Origin: Octopus vulgaris
Lineage: Eukaryota
Direction of reading: 5' to 3'
NCBI GenBank assembly: GCA_951406725.2
Contig: OX597821.1
Span: forward strand, 4,650,001 to 4,714,000
Length of the DNA: 64,000 nt
Position numbers and translations under genes: made by a program. Within the stretch, counting starts at the first letter, position 1; every line of letters begins with the position of its first letter. Positions 45,038 through 57,598 of this stretch are shown here, in pieces. The notes beneath the pieces were generated by a model, which worked only from the letters and a program-made list of their open reading frames with translations, made no database searches and had not been told where the DNA came from.

Positions 45038-45633
45038 CGTGTGTGTTTGTGTGTGTATGTATGCATGTATGCATATATGTATGTATGTAAATGTAAGAGT
45101 ATGCATGTATGTATATATGTATGTATGCATGTATGCATATATGTATGTATGTAAATGTAAGAGTACGCATGCATGTATATATGTATGTATTTATGTATGG
45201 GTATAAGTATATATGTATGTATGTATGTGTGCAGGTATGTATGAATGTATGTATGTGTGTGCGGATGGATTGATGGACGATTGATGGATACAAAGATTAA
45301 TATATATGCATACAGTTTAATGGCAAAAGTCAAGATCACACAAGGCGGGAAGACAAACCTCTTCAGGGTTACACAGAACGCCTCACTGAAATGCTTTCAG
45401 TTCAACCACAAAAACTGGACTCCCCTGCCTCGCGTTGCCTCGCGAAATCCAGAGCCAACCCCTTGCATGCATTCCCAGACGACAACCAGCGTCCGACCTA
45501 TAGCAGAAAATTCCGTGAACCACGCATCGGGATTACCGGCCACAGACTGAAGCACTGTGACTCATCGTTTTCTACCATGTCTTTCCGAGTCATCTTCGAC
45601 AAAGAGGGACGAACATTATTATTATATATACGT

Positions 45634-45693
<60 letters not shown>

Positions 45694-45729
45694 AATACCT
45701 TCCTTTTATTGCATATTTATCTTAGATCA

Positions 45730-45773
<44 letters not shown>

Positions 45774-47414
45774 CATACAATCTCATATGTAATATGTGTA
45801 TATGGAACTGTATGTCTTTTTTGTGCCTGGTGTTTGTGTGCTTCTGTACCTTTCATATCCATTCCAAACCACGTTGCAGTGTTGTCAGCATTTTATCTGA
45901 TAATCCTGACGTCTTGTATTCATTTATCTTTAAACAGATATCTGCAGTCTTAACGTGACAAACAAAAATAAATAAAAACGAATTTAGAATGAAATTAAAG
46001 TCAAAAACTATATTGCTATGAAAAACATTTCTTTCCGAGTTGGAGACTAACCATTTTTGTTCTAAAACATTCCATGTACAAATGCCAAAATCTATTTTAT
46101 TGACAGGCAATTTATCTGATGTGTAAATGAAGGTTTCTTTAAGCGTTACGTATGTGCGTATATACGCAATGCTTTCGCAGAGTTATTTGTTTCTGTCATT
46201 CAGATAACTTTGTGTCATTCAGCTCATTCAATTAAGATCCTTTCAGAGGAAAAAAAATATGCTAGATACATGAAGGGGCGTGCGTTAAAGCTGTTTTCCG
46301 GAAAAAAAAAAGCTCCTCTTAAAATCACTCCATTTTAGCATCCTAAATAGATTTTACTGACAACTCAGTAACGTCCAAGTATATATTTACTTCGTTGTTG
46401 AACAGTTTCGGTGAAATGTTGGACAGCACTTAAAAAGTTTCTTCAGTGTGGATATGTGTACAGAAACTATAAAAATAAGAAGAATTTTGGCACAGCTACA
46501 TTCCAATCTTTCTTTTGTTTCTTTTTTTTTTTAGATCTATCGTGCGACCTATCAAACGTAATATAACAGATAGTGCTCGATTTAAGTCTTAAACTTATGC
46601 CATATACTCCAAGCAAAAATCCAACTGGGATATGTTACTAAGGCAACATGGTAAAAAATTTTAGTGAGAAATATGTCTTTTTAAAAATAAAAATATACAA
46701 AATAAAGAAAAATTATTTATGATAGATGAAAAAATCTTGAAATCTATGTGTGTGAGTTTGTGCATGTGCGTGGGGCGTGTCTGTGTGTGTGTATGTGTGT
46801 GTGTGCATGTGTGTATATGCATATATATATACATGTATGTATTTGAAAAATATTGAAAAATATTTAAAAAATGTGCATATGAATGTGTATACATGTGTGG
46901 ATATATATGTCTGTGTGCGCGCATTTATAAATATATATATTTTACGATATGCATATGTGTATGTGTAAATACATGTGTATGTGTTGTGTATGAATGCACG
47001 TATGTATATCTACATACAAAGACATGAATATATATATATTTATATAAATATATATACACATAAATACACAGACACACTGAGACACACATCGATATATACG
47101 TATGTATATATAGATCTAGTGTCTGTATTTTAACTTTTTAAAATTTATATTAGCTTTCCCATCACATACTATTTAGGATTTATGAATCATTAAAACACAC
47201 CGCCGGCAACCGCACGATATGCAATGTAAACCAACCATTACAGCTATGTTCAAACATCAGTTCAATATATATGTGGGGATAAGACATATTAGCTTTTCGG
47301 GATCAGAAATATTAAAAGTACTTGTTGTGTAATGGCTGTTCAACAATGGTTGCAAGACGAGGGCCTTTATTTATTTTTATTACGAGGTGAGTACAATATA
47401 CATTCTCATCTTCT

Positions 47415-47591
47415 ATTTGTTTCAGTGATGTGACTGCTGCCATGCTGTAACACCGACTGTACTCAAAAGAAATCAACCAAGGACTTCTTCTTTGTAAGCT
47501 TAGTACTTATTCTATCGGTCTGTTTTGCCGAACCGCTAAGTTACGATGGGGTAAATGCATCAACATCGGTTGTTGAGGGACAACCTCAGAT

Positions 47592-47656
<65 letters not shown>

Positions 47657-47820
47657 TAAACACAACGGGTTCCTTTCAGTTTACGTCTACCAAATCTACT
47701 CACAAGGCTTTGGTCGTCCCAAAGATATAGTAAAAGACACTTACTCAAGGTGGCACGCAGTGGGACTGAACACGGAACCATGTTGTTGGGAAGCATTCTT
47801 CTTACCACACAGCAACGCCT
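47415..47820 (-). mobile_element. SINE family A
   Basis: Full-length homologue of 49575-49972. Confidence 0.8.
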
Positions 47821-48201
47821 GTTTAAATTTCTCTAACAAAGGTAATTTTAATGCTTCTAATTAATCATAGTATAAACATAGTGCAAGGGCTATTTTATCC
47901 GTTTAATATCATACAAAAACTGTGTGACTCAGGTTTAAACTTTCATGGAAACTATAACACATATAACAAAAATTTATCGTTAAAATTCTTCGTGTTGGTA
48001 AAACCACAATATAGCGAATGGAGTACGTATTTATGAAATAAACTGCTTCAGCATTTTCCATTCCATCATTTTATGTTCCTCTGCACTTGACACAGAAAGG
48101 TTTAATTTGACCGAGGCGTAGATTTCCATTTCTAGATAGTCACATATGTTTAATGAAGTTAAAACACAAATTGTTTAACGTTAATATTAGTGTAAAGAAG
48201 A

Positions 48202-48390
48202 AGGCGTTGTGCTGGCAGAATCGTTAGCACGTCGGGCAAAGTTTCAAACGGTATTTCGTCCGTCTTTACGTTCTGAGTTCAAATGATGCCGGAATCGATC
48301 ACCTTTTCGGGGTCAATAAAATTAATACCTGTTAATTGGAAGGTCGATGAAATACCCCGAAATTGCTGGCCTTGTGCCAAAATTTGGAAA
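48202..48390 (+). mobile_element. SINE family B
   Basis: GCTGGCAGAATCGTTAGCACG...TTCTGAGTTCAAAT. Confidence 0.7.
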
Positions 48391-49224
48391 TGATATTCCT
48401 GTCAAGAATTTCTATGAAATCGCATAAGACTGTTCATAATCATTATCAACTGAAGTTGTCTACAGAGTATCGGATTTCATCGGTACTATTTAATAGTTAT
48501 ACATAACAAAGGCTATACATAGCAAAGGTTTGTTTTTATTTCCCCTCGACAAGAACAATTTTTTCAGCACTGTCAAGGAAGCTATCGTATAATGTCGTCG
48601 GTTTCTAATCTGTGAAATCTCTCTCTCAAATCCAGATCGGACTTTTTTGTTTCTTTCTGTGGCGCTCAATCCGATCGTTAAGCATACTCGAGCAGTTAAG
48701 TTTGCTCAAGTGATCATTATGTTCTTACATTAATAATGTGTTTCCAGTGGCCTCTTGAGGTGCACATTCAATCGTAGATAAAAGGTATGTTCATTAAATG
48801 TAAGCTTGAAAACGAGCTTATCAACTCTGAGCATACAAAACTATCGGATCTAAATATACCCAAATACAAATCCGCTATGTATTCTCCCTGATGTACTGTG
48901 CAATTACTTCATATTGAGTCATTATCATATTTAGAAAAAAAACCTTCATATAAATAACAAACATATTTGTTAGACATATGCCTCTTTGTTTAAATGATCA
49001 ACTAGCGATCATTGGTTCTCGATTCCCAGCTGAAGAGCCACTTCCAGAAAATCATCACGATGGAGATGCTGTAACGATAGACACGTTCTTGTATAACAGT
49101 AAAAGAAGATTTACGATATATGTGTGTGTGCGTGAGTGTGTGTGTCTGTGGGCGTGCGTGCTTGTATAGGTATGTATATATGTATATACATATATATGTG
49201 TGTGTATGTATATGTATATATTAT

Positions 49225-49562
49225 CAATAATAATATAGGGTACAATTAATCAATCAATTGATAATTAATAATCTTAACAAGTAGTTCAGTATGTTCAAAG
49301 AACCTTCATCGGTAAACTTATACAAACATTTTTTATATTCATAAACATAATTATAATTAGGGTTCAGCAAAATTGCTTCACCACATACTGAATTTTAGGA
49401 ATAGCATTTAAATCCTATTCTACCACCACATGCCTGTGTCAGTTGAGATTATTGCTATCTGGGAGATATCTTATGGTAGTAGAATAGTATTTAACTGCTA
49501 TTTCCAAATTTCAGCGTGTACGGAAGCAATTTTGCTAAACCCAAATTATAATTATATTTATA
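49225..49562. repeat. Imperfect fold-back element with a decayed hammerhead-like motif on the longer left arm
   Basis: ~49345-49428 versus ~49473-49560 inverted (GCAAAATTGCTTC/GAAGCAATTTTGC). The minus strand has CCGATGA AGG...GAAC at 49273-49316. Confidence 0.55.
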
Positions 49563-49574
49563 ATTCTCTTTTTT

Positions 49575-49972
49575 TTTCTCTTTTCTCTTTACTTGTTTCA
49601 GTCATTTGACTGCGGCCATGCTGGAGCACCGCCTTTAGTCGAGCAAATCGACCCCGGGACTTATTCTTTGTAAGCCCAGTACTTATTCTATCGGTCTCTT
49701 TTGCCGAACCGCTAAGTGACGGGGACGTAAACACACCAGCATCGGTTGTCAAGCAATGCTAGGGGGACAAACACAAACACACACACACGCATATACATAT
49801 ACATATATACGACAGGCTTCTTTCAGTTTCCGTCTACCAAATCCACTCACAAGGCATTGGTCGGCCCGGGGCTATAGTAGAAGACACTTGCCCAAGATGC
49901 CACGCAGTGGGACTGAACCCGGAACCATGTGGTTGGTTAGCAAGCTACTTACCACACAGCCACTCCTGCGCC
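49575..49972 (-). mobile_element. SINE family A, well-preserved copy
   Basis: Head GGCGCAGGAGTGGCTGTGTGGTAAG...CCGGGTTCAGTCCC; intact body and tail. Confidence 0.85.
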
Positions 49973-50849
49973 ATTATTAAAAAATTATTAAAAAAATTTA
50001 TATATGTATATATACAATCAATTCAGGTAAAGAAAGAATTCAAATAAACGGACGAAAAACGAAAAGAAGGAAAGAAAACGAAGAAAAGTGAGGACCTGCG
50101 CAAAAAGTGTATTAGCTTAAGGCTCGGTGAAAGGAGAGAGATTAACGTTTTGATCATAGCTCCTGGTCGGAAGGGAGAAAAGGAAAAGTTCAAAGAATGA
50201 GAAGAAATCGACAGCGAGCAACATGTGGTTACATTGCTCTTTAAATATATACAAATTACACATGAATACACTATGCATGCATATACGTATGTATAACTAT
50301 GTGTATTTTAATGCGTGTATATGAATACATGCAAACACACACATTCCTGCATTTTGGAATTCAGGTTTTATGACCCGATGGAAACATTTAATGCCAAGTA
50401 CATTCGTCTGCATCTGTAAGTCTACAATAGTCGAAGTGTATGTTTTTATTTCTATGTCTCTATCTTTCATTTCAGATAATCATCTGTGTTCTCCCTCCTC
50501 CTTTTCTCACTCACTCACTCATTCACTCACTCTTTGTAAATATATATGACAAGTATATGAAATGGCAGATATAGGCATTGAAACGAAAATATATGCGGGG
50601 ACTCATCTATACACTTATGCACGCGAACACACACACATATATGCATATGTACAACAACCTTAGCATTGAAGTGTTCCATAAGGCCATAAGACCTAAATCC
50701 AAAAATACAACAATTGAATTATAGTATCAATTCAGTAACAGAATTCAATTAAGTAAAACAGCATCGAACCATATAATGACATTGAAATTGACTGCAATAT
50801 ATTGACAGATCTTTCGCTGGACAATAGCGTGTATACGAGTCTATACGTG

Positions 50850-50937
<88 letters not shown>

Positions 50938-51019
50938 TGTGTATAAGTGCGTGTGTGCGCATGTGTATGTATGTTCTTGTAAGTCGTAGGAAAAGTTTTA
51001 TATTTATGTATATAATTAT

Positions 51020-51225
51020 ACGAAAGTGCACTGAAAGGGTCCAGGCTTTAGAGGCATCAAAAAATTCTTGGTTGGAAGCCCAACTTTCCGTAGTCTTTAA
51101 CATGGCTTAGAATACATATAGGACTTCTGTAATAAGTGTGAGAATCTGAGAGGGGAAATGATGTCGAATAAAATCATAATTAATTGATCCTCCTATATTT
51201 TTTTTTTATCCGAAGCCAGTTCAGT
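51020..51225 (+). mobile_element. Mariner-derived MITE, second copy
   Basis: Diverged reverse complement of 13290-13500 (TGGTTGGAnGCCCAA, GAATCTGAGAGG, TGATCCTCCT). Confidence 0.55.
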
Positions 51226-51603
51226 TCTATCTTTATATATATCACCATCCTTGTTTAAGTATATTTAACGAAACAATTATGTTTCCATAGGTGAATTATT
51301 CGAACTCCAAAGGATCCCTCTCAACACATGCCTATGATGCTCCTACTCGTAATCAGAGATGCACATATCATCAGCCACTAAGTGACATGCTCAACGAGTT
51401 ACGGTCAAATAATTAACAAGCAAATATGTGGTATTGAGCAGAATATTTGCTGTAGCCCATCTTTTATACCAAGGCAAAACAATGTAAATAATAACACTTC
51501 TTATCAGTTAAGATGGGAAGCCACTAGAGCCACTGCCTGGTACAGCATCAGGGCATTTATTATCATTATTAATATTATTATTGTTGTTGTTGCTGTTCTT
51601 GTT

Positions 51604-51750
51604 GTTCAGGTCACTGCTTGGAATGGAACTCGGAATCGTGGGGTTAGTAGCCCGAGCTCGTAACCACTACGGCATATGACGTAGTGGGCATATGGCATAC
51701 TGGTTACTAACCCCAAGATTCCGAGTTCCATTCCAAACTATGACCTGAGC

Positions 51751-51752
<2 letters not shown>
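51604..51752. repeat. Head-to-head pair of short tRNA-like units with TAA/CAA tails
   Basis: TCAGGTCA...GGAATGGAACTCGGAATC.TGGGGTTAGTA is inverted as TACTAACCCCA.GATTCCGAGTTCCATTCC...TGACCTGA. Confidence 0.7.
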
Positions 51753-51807
<55 letters not shown>

Positions 51808-51808
<1 letters not shown>

Positions 51809-52392
51809 TTCACAGACATGACAGAGTTGGAACCTACATACATTGGAAGCTATGCCAACATTATGGAATGACAACAGAAAAAAGATGGTATAGGCACACA
51901 CCAGAAAAGGTCACAGAAAACGAGAAAGCAACCATACTCTGGGATATGCCGATACACACAGATAGAGAAATAAAGGCCAACAGGCCAGATATAGTTGTCA
52001 GCGATCATGAAGAAAAAAATGCTTTCTAATTGATGTATCAATACCGGCAGATGACAACGTGTCTCTAAAAGAAATGGAGAAACTCTCAAAATACAAAGAC
52101 CTGGAAATAGAGGTGTACCAGAATGTGGAATCTGAAAACAGAAACAATTCCTATCATAGTAGGTGCATTAGGCATGATAAAAAATATTCAGACAAATATA
52201 TAACAAAAACACCAGGACTTACAAACACATATAACATACAGAAAATTGCACTACTAGGCACTGCACACATCCTACGCAGAACACTTTCCATACAATAACC
52301 ATCAGAGCATCACAACAAATCACAGCACATACCCAAGGCACACAGAGCTGCGCTCGGTAGTGAAGTGAAAGCACGCTATAAAAATAAAACTA

Positions 52393-52396
<4 letters not shown>
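51808..52396 (+). mobile_element. Second, shorter copy of the R4/Dong-like element
   Basis: HRHDRVGTYIHWKLC...NRPDIVV...LIDVSIP...KYKDL; same 3' UTR ending ACTACTGA; (TAA)n on both sides. Confidence 0.85.
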
Positions 52397-52463
<67 letters not shown>

Positions 52464-52474
52464 TAATAATAATA

Positions 52475-52907
52475 GCCACAGATTTGCTTTTCAGTTGTTT
52501 GACCGTAACCAGTTGAGCATGTCCCTTAGTGGCTGACGATATGTGCATCTCTGATCACGAGCAGAAGTAGTGGGGGAGCATCATAGCCATGTGTTGAGAG
52601 GGAGTCTTTGGGATTTGAATAATTCACCTCTGGAAACATGGGTGGTTCTTTCAACATCCTTAAACAACCCTTATTCAGGGACCTTTTGAGCGGGATGGGC
52701 TACTCAACCTGAGGAAAATTCTAACTGGGCCCCACCTGCAAGGTCATGTGCTGTTTATCTTGATATGAGATCACCATATCGCGCACATATGGTTGTGATG
52801 CATGTGCCTGGTGTACCCTTATCAGACGGGTAGTCATGATGGGTATATTGGGCTTCGTATATTTTACCCCAGTGTCACTTTGATGGCATGCACTAATCTC
52901 TCACACA
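52475..52907 (+). mobile_element. Unclassified (TAA)n-associated interspersed repeat (family D); other copies at 41030-41235(+) and 51290-51558(-)
   Basis: Shared CCACAGATTTG...GTTGAGCATGnCCCTTAGTGGCTGACGATATG block in three places. Confidence 0.75.
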
Positions 52908-52960
52908 ATAATAATAATAGTAATAACATCGAAAAGTACCAGGTTCGAAATTTCCCCAAG

Positions 52961-53004
52961 ATACCTGAAGAAGGATGCAGGGTATATCAGCCGAAACGCT
53001 GTGT
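52961..53004 (+). ncRNA. Decayed minimal hammerhead (fourth family)
   Basis: ATAC CTGAAGA a GGaTG cagggtatat CAGCC GAAAC GcT GTGT; the cleavage-site U appears mutated. Confidence 0.55.
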
Positions 53005-53356
53005 TAACAACAAACAAGATGAGGACAAATATCCGTCGGTAATAATGTAAATAAAATCCTGTGGAAATTTTATAGTTTTTATGACATCCCGAGCATCTTA
53101 GGACATCAGTGAGATTTCCAGAAGCGGAAGTGAAATTGGATTTATTTTTGAAATGTTACCTTTTTTAAAATTGAATTTTGAACCTTCTAAAATATTGCAA
53201 CCTGTTCCGCAGTCAGGACAACCACATTCTTTTACTCTTAGGCCCGTTATCTTCTAGAATAATTTAGCTTTTTATGTCTTTGGTTGTTTACTGCTTTTAA
53301 TGATCTTATGCGTACTCAGAATTTCCTTCACTTTGGGGTCCTTATGGAGCATTGGG

Positions 53357-53911
53357 AGACATGCAGGAAGTAAAAAGACACCGTTAATTTTCAAAATCTT
53401 TTATTTGATATTCATTGGTTGAAGGAGAGGCTTACTTATAGCTGCTTGTCCATAATGCCCAGATATGTAACACATGTTCTTGGACTAACTTGTTGCTGTT
53501 TTGCAATGTCAGAAGCCTTTGAACAAAGTTCTTTTTCCATAATTCTCTTCAAACAGTGAAGCTTCCTTTCCAACGGCCCAGGTCGGCCGGGACGCGTATC
53601 TGTTGATTCTTTTCCTTGGCTTTTGAATTTCACTATAATTCTATTAACAGTAGCAAGAGGAATTTTCGGCAATTTTTCGATGGCTAGGACCAGCCTCAGA
53701 TTGCCCAACAACACGACCACTTTGAAAATCTGACAGTTCTGCTGAATTTTTTGTGCGTGACATGGTCACTCTTCACAAATGTTTAATATAATGGCAACTG
53801 GAAAAAGAAAACCATAATTACATTGTAAATTCTACACCACTGAAAACATATTAAGAGCGTAGATCAGAGCTTTTGAAATTTAAAGGTGTCTATTTACTTC
53901 CTGCATGTCTG
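53357..53911 (-). mobile_element. Internally deleted Tc1-like element
   Basis: TIRs AGACATGCAGGAAGTAAAnAGACACC/GGTGTCTATTTACTTCCTGCATGTCT; remnant [18 protein letters not shown]...RPGRP...KPLL. Confidence 0.82.
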
Positions 53912-54084
53912 TGTACATACGTATGTACATATACATACATACATCTATAAATATATGTACATGAACATGCATATACATATAAATGCATTTGTGTGTGTAT
54001 GTGTGTGCGTGTATGTATATATTCGTACATACTAACACACATACAGACATAAAAGGCACACATTTACTTGGACACAGTGTGACA

Positions 54085-54149
54085 GATTGACAAACAGACA
54101 GACAGACATACAGACATGCATACATACATACAGACAGATATATAGATAC

Positions 54150-54188
<39 letters not shown>

Positions 54189-54236
54189 CATACATACATA
54201 CATACATACATACAGAGAGAGAGAGAGAGAGAAATG

Positions 54237-54293
<57 letters not shown>

Positions 54294-54313
54294 TTAGTTA
54301 TATAAATAAATAA

Positions 54314-54372
<59 letters not shown>

Positions 54373-54402
54373 TATAGATAGATAGATAGACGGTTAGATA
54401 GA
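54085..54402. repeat. Compound (GACA)/(CATA)/(GATA)/(GA)n microsatellite
   Basis: Direct inspection. Confidence 0.92.
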
Positions 54403-55573
54403 TCGAACACGAAATCTTTAAAAAGTTTTTTGACAGTTAACTTTTTTCACATTTCCTGTTTATTTATTTGTTTTTTTTATAACATTTGGTTTGATATGTA
54501 GAACTGTACTTGTCTAAGTTTTTAGTGGGTGTTTATCATAGAATTTCGCCTGACAGGTCTTCCTACTTTACAGTGGTAGCTGTCAAATACAAACGTCTCT
54601 TTTACTTTTTAAAGATTTGTTTACTCATTTGAAATTGCAAATATTCTAGCCACACACACATGAATTTAATAATGAATTCTAGATGTTCCCTCTCAGAAAC
54701 ACACTGAATATCATAACCTACAAAACAACACTCGTAAAAATATACTGAAATATAAACACTTTCCTAGAACCATACCAAAGCACCTAAGACAAGAAGTATT
54801 TTTAGAATGGGGGAATCATGAAATAATTTGTTTTTGTATTTAGTTGGTAAGATTCTTCATATTCAATCACTTATTGAAACGTAATTGATTAGATGGCATA
54901 AGCAACTAAATATCCCAACTAAGTTAGATTGAGGGAAAAAATTAATCAAATTTTCAATTATTTAATTCGCTTAATATTTAACCAATTGAATTGTAATAAA
55001 AAGGAAGTGAACAATAAACAATGTGTAGGTGGATTATTGGTATAATGACCCTCCCGTGAGACAACAAAGCCCGAAATAATTACGTTTTTAGAAGCAATTA
55101 CAAGCATCTTTACATATCTTATAAAAATTGCTGGATGGAAATTAGTGTACATCTAGCTAAAGAAAAATCAAGTAAAAGTCGTATCATCAAAACTAAACAA
55201 CAAAATGGCAGAAAGATCAAAGTCAATGGGCAAACGCAAACCAATGAATAAATAGAAGCATGAGAATGTACCACACCATTAAAAATAAATATACAAAATA
55301 CAACGAGTTCTGTTATCGTCTGAGATCAGAGTGGAGTGAAACACGAAACTTCAGATCGATATTTTCCTTCAGGAATCTGTATGTATATCAGGTATTGAGC
55401 ACGTTTTTCACATTCATTCTTATAAAGCTCTGTATATGAGTAATGCATATATAGATTTGTATAGGGAGACAAACAAGTTAACCAGAACTCCATCCGCATT
55501 CAGGAACAAAAGTACGTAAACACACACACATACACTCACTCACACACACAAGCACACATATATATTTACACAT

Positions 55574-55616
<43 letters not shown>

Positions 55617-55621
55617 CATAC

Positions 55622-55673
<52 letters not shown>

Positions 55674-55676
<3 letters not shown>

Positions 55677-56187
55677 GGTCCCGGGTTGATTCGGGGTTAA
55701 CCACAGTAAGTAAGGTACTCAATACATAGCAGAGTAAAATTAATTTATTATATAGAAGGAGCTTCTACAGGACTAGTACTGTTTCATTCAAGAGAAATCT
55801 TCAGGAAGCTATTTAACAAGAATTGTATTAGCATTTATACATTTAGGCAGGTTTAAAGGAGTGGTGGTGGGGGACTTTTTGGGGGTAGGCATAGCGCAAA
55901 ATATCATACTTGGGGGAGTGGTCAAGGAGTCAGTGGTAAGTTAGATGAAAGAATAGATAAATAAAAAAATAAAAAAATAAAAAATAAAAAAATAAAATAA
56001 AAAAATAAAAATAAAATAAAATATAAAAAATATATATAAAAAAATATATATATAAAATATATATATAAAAAAATATATATATAAAAAAAGGGGGGATAGA
56101 GTTATAGGTAAATAAGGAGATTCTCACTTATACCTATACACACATGTATACGTATCTACACACACATACATACATACACATATATAT

Positions 56188-56236
<49 letters not shown>

Positions 56237-56776
56237 CATATGTACACACATACATACATATCTACATACACACATACATACACCCGCCCACATATACAAA
56301 TTTATACACATGCACATGCCTATACCTGTCTACACATACACACACGTATATATGCATACACTCACTCCCATGCATGCACGCATACACACATGTATATATA
56401 TATATATATATACCCACGACCACACATACATATATACACATAAAAATATATATTCATACGCACATACACTCATGCACACACAACACACCTAGTTCCCTAT
56501 ATACACATATTTACACCTATATATACATACACCCACATACACCTATGTACACATATATATATATAAACATATACACGCATACATATATATACATGTGTGC
56601 ACATACATACATACACACATATATACATACACATACACATACACATGTGTACCTATACATACCTACACATACACACATACATACATACAAATATACATAT
56701 ACATATATATATATACAATCCAATACAGGCCCATTCCCTAATTTTAATTTTATTATCTTCATTTATTACATTTGTT
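55674..56776 (-). repeat. Inverted 3'-end/pLTR arm of the PLE
   Basis: Reverse complement of 60435-61468 including the compound microsatellites, plus a 69-bp terminal extension (55674-55742). Confidence 0.93.
55760..55810 (-). ncRNA. Minimal type I hammerhead ribozyme
   Basis: Exact reverse complement of 61401-61451. Confidence 0.88.
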
Positions 56777-56788
56777 GTTATTGCCTCC

Positions 56789-57598
56789 GAGGCAATAACT
56801 TGGTTCCGGGATTTACCAGATAAAAGCAACACCCGATTCCTACAACTGGATATCGAGGATTACTACGCCTCTATATCGGAGAGCTTGCTGATCGATGCGA
56901 TTAACTTCGCCAGGAGGTCCTCCACCATCACCGAGGCCGAGCAAGATGTGATCCTCCACGCACGTAAGACTTTTCTTTTCTATGACGGATCCCACTGGAT
57001 CAACAAAAAATCTGTGACCCCCTTCGACGTCAGCATGGGTGCTAACGACTCTGCTGAAATAAGTGACCTAGTGGGCCTTTTCATCCTCCATAGGCTGAAA
57101 ACCCTATTCACAGGCCTCTCCGGTGGTCTTTACCGAGATGACGGCCTTTTCGCCCTCCACAATATAAACCCCAGGACCACGGATGGGTTCCGGAAAAATC
57201 TTCACACCTTCTTTAAAAACTTAGGCCTTAGGATTACCCTAGAATCCAACTTAACAAAGGCTAACTTCCTAGATGTCACCCTCGACTTAAAAACCTCACT
57301 TTATTACCCGTACCACAAACCAAATGAATCCCTTAGATATATAGATATCAATTCCAACCACCCCAGAAATATATTAGATAACCTAGTAAAAAGTGTCTCA
57401 ATTAGAATCTCTAGCCTGTCCGCCACGGAAGATATCTTTAAGGCCGCAGCCCCCTATTACAACGAGGCCCTGGCCCGCAGTGGTTTTAAAGATAAGATTA
57501 CCTACACTAGTATAGCCCCACGCCAACCCAGGAAAAATAGACGAAGACACATTAGCTGGTACAACCCCCCTTCAACCGTGAGGTCGCTACACCTGTAG
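56789..57598 (+). CDS. PLE reverse transcriptase (N-terminally truncated; continues via a -1 frameshift into the endonuclease part)
   Basis: Motifs FLQLDIEDYYASI (A), SMGANDSAEISDL (B), LYRDDGL (C), NFLDVTL, YHKP, YIDINSNHP and WYNPP. The ORF-track N-terminus (56597-56788) is microsatellite and inverted-arm sequence, not real coding. Confidence 0.92.
   Translation, partial: EAITWFRDLPDKSNTRFLQLDIEDYYASISESLLIDAINFARRSSTITEAEQDVILHARKTFLFYDGSHWINKKSVTPFDVSMGANDSAEISDLVGLFILHRLKTLFTGLSGGLYRDDGLFALHNINPRTTDGFRKNLHTFFKNLGLRITLESNLTKANFLDVTLDLKTSLYYPYHKPNESLRYIDINSNHPRNILDNLVKSVSIRISSLSATEDIFKAAAPYYNEALARSGFKDKITYTSIAPRQPRKNRRRHISWYNPPSTVRSLHL

Noticed and set aside
45853-46110. ICTWNV motif resembling the start of an APE endonuclease
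   Set aside because: No downstream APE motifs (QET, GDFN, DH); likely chance.
51604-51752. Functional tRNA genes (also the SINE heads)
   Set aside because: Cloverleafs are incomplete, and the units are attached to repeat bodies or tails.
55318-55357. Hammerhead-like GTG...CAC GAAAC TTCAGA
   Set aside because: No intact CUGANGA box adjacent to the stem.
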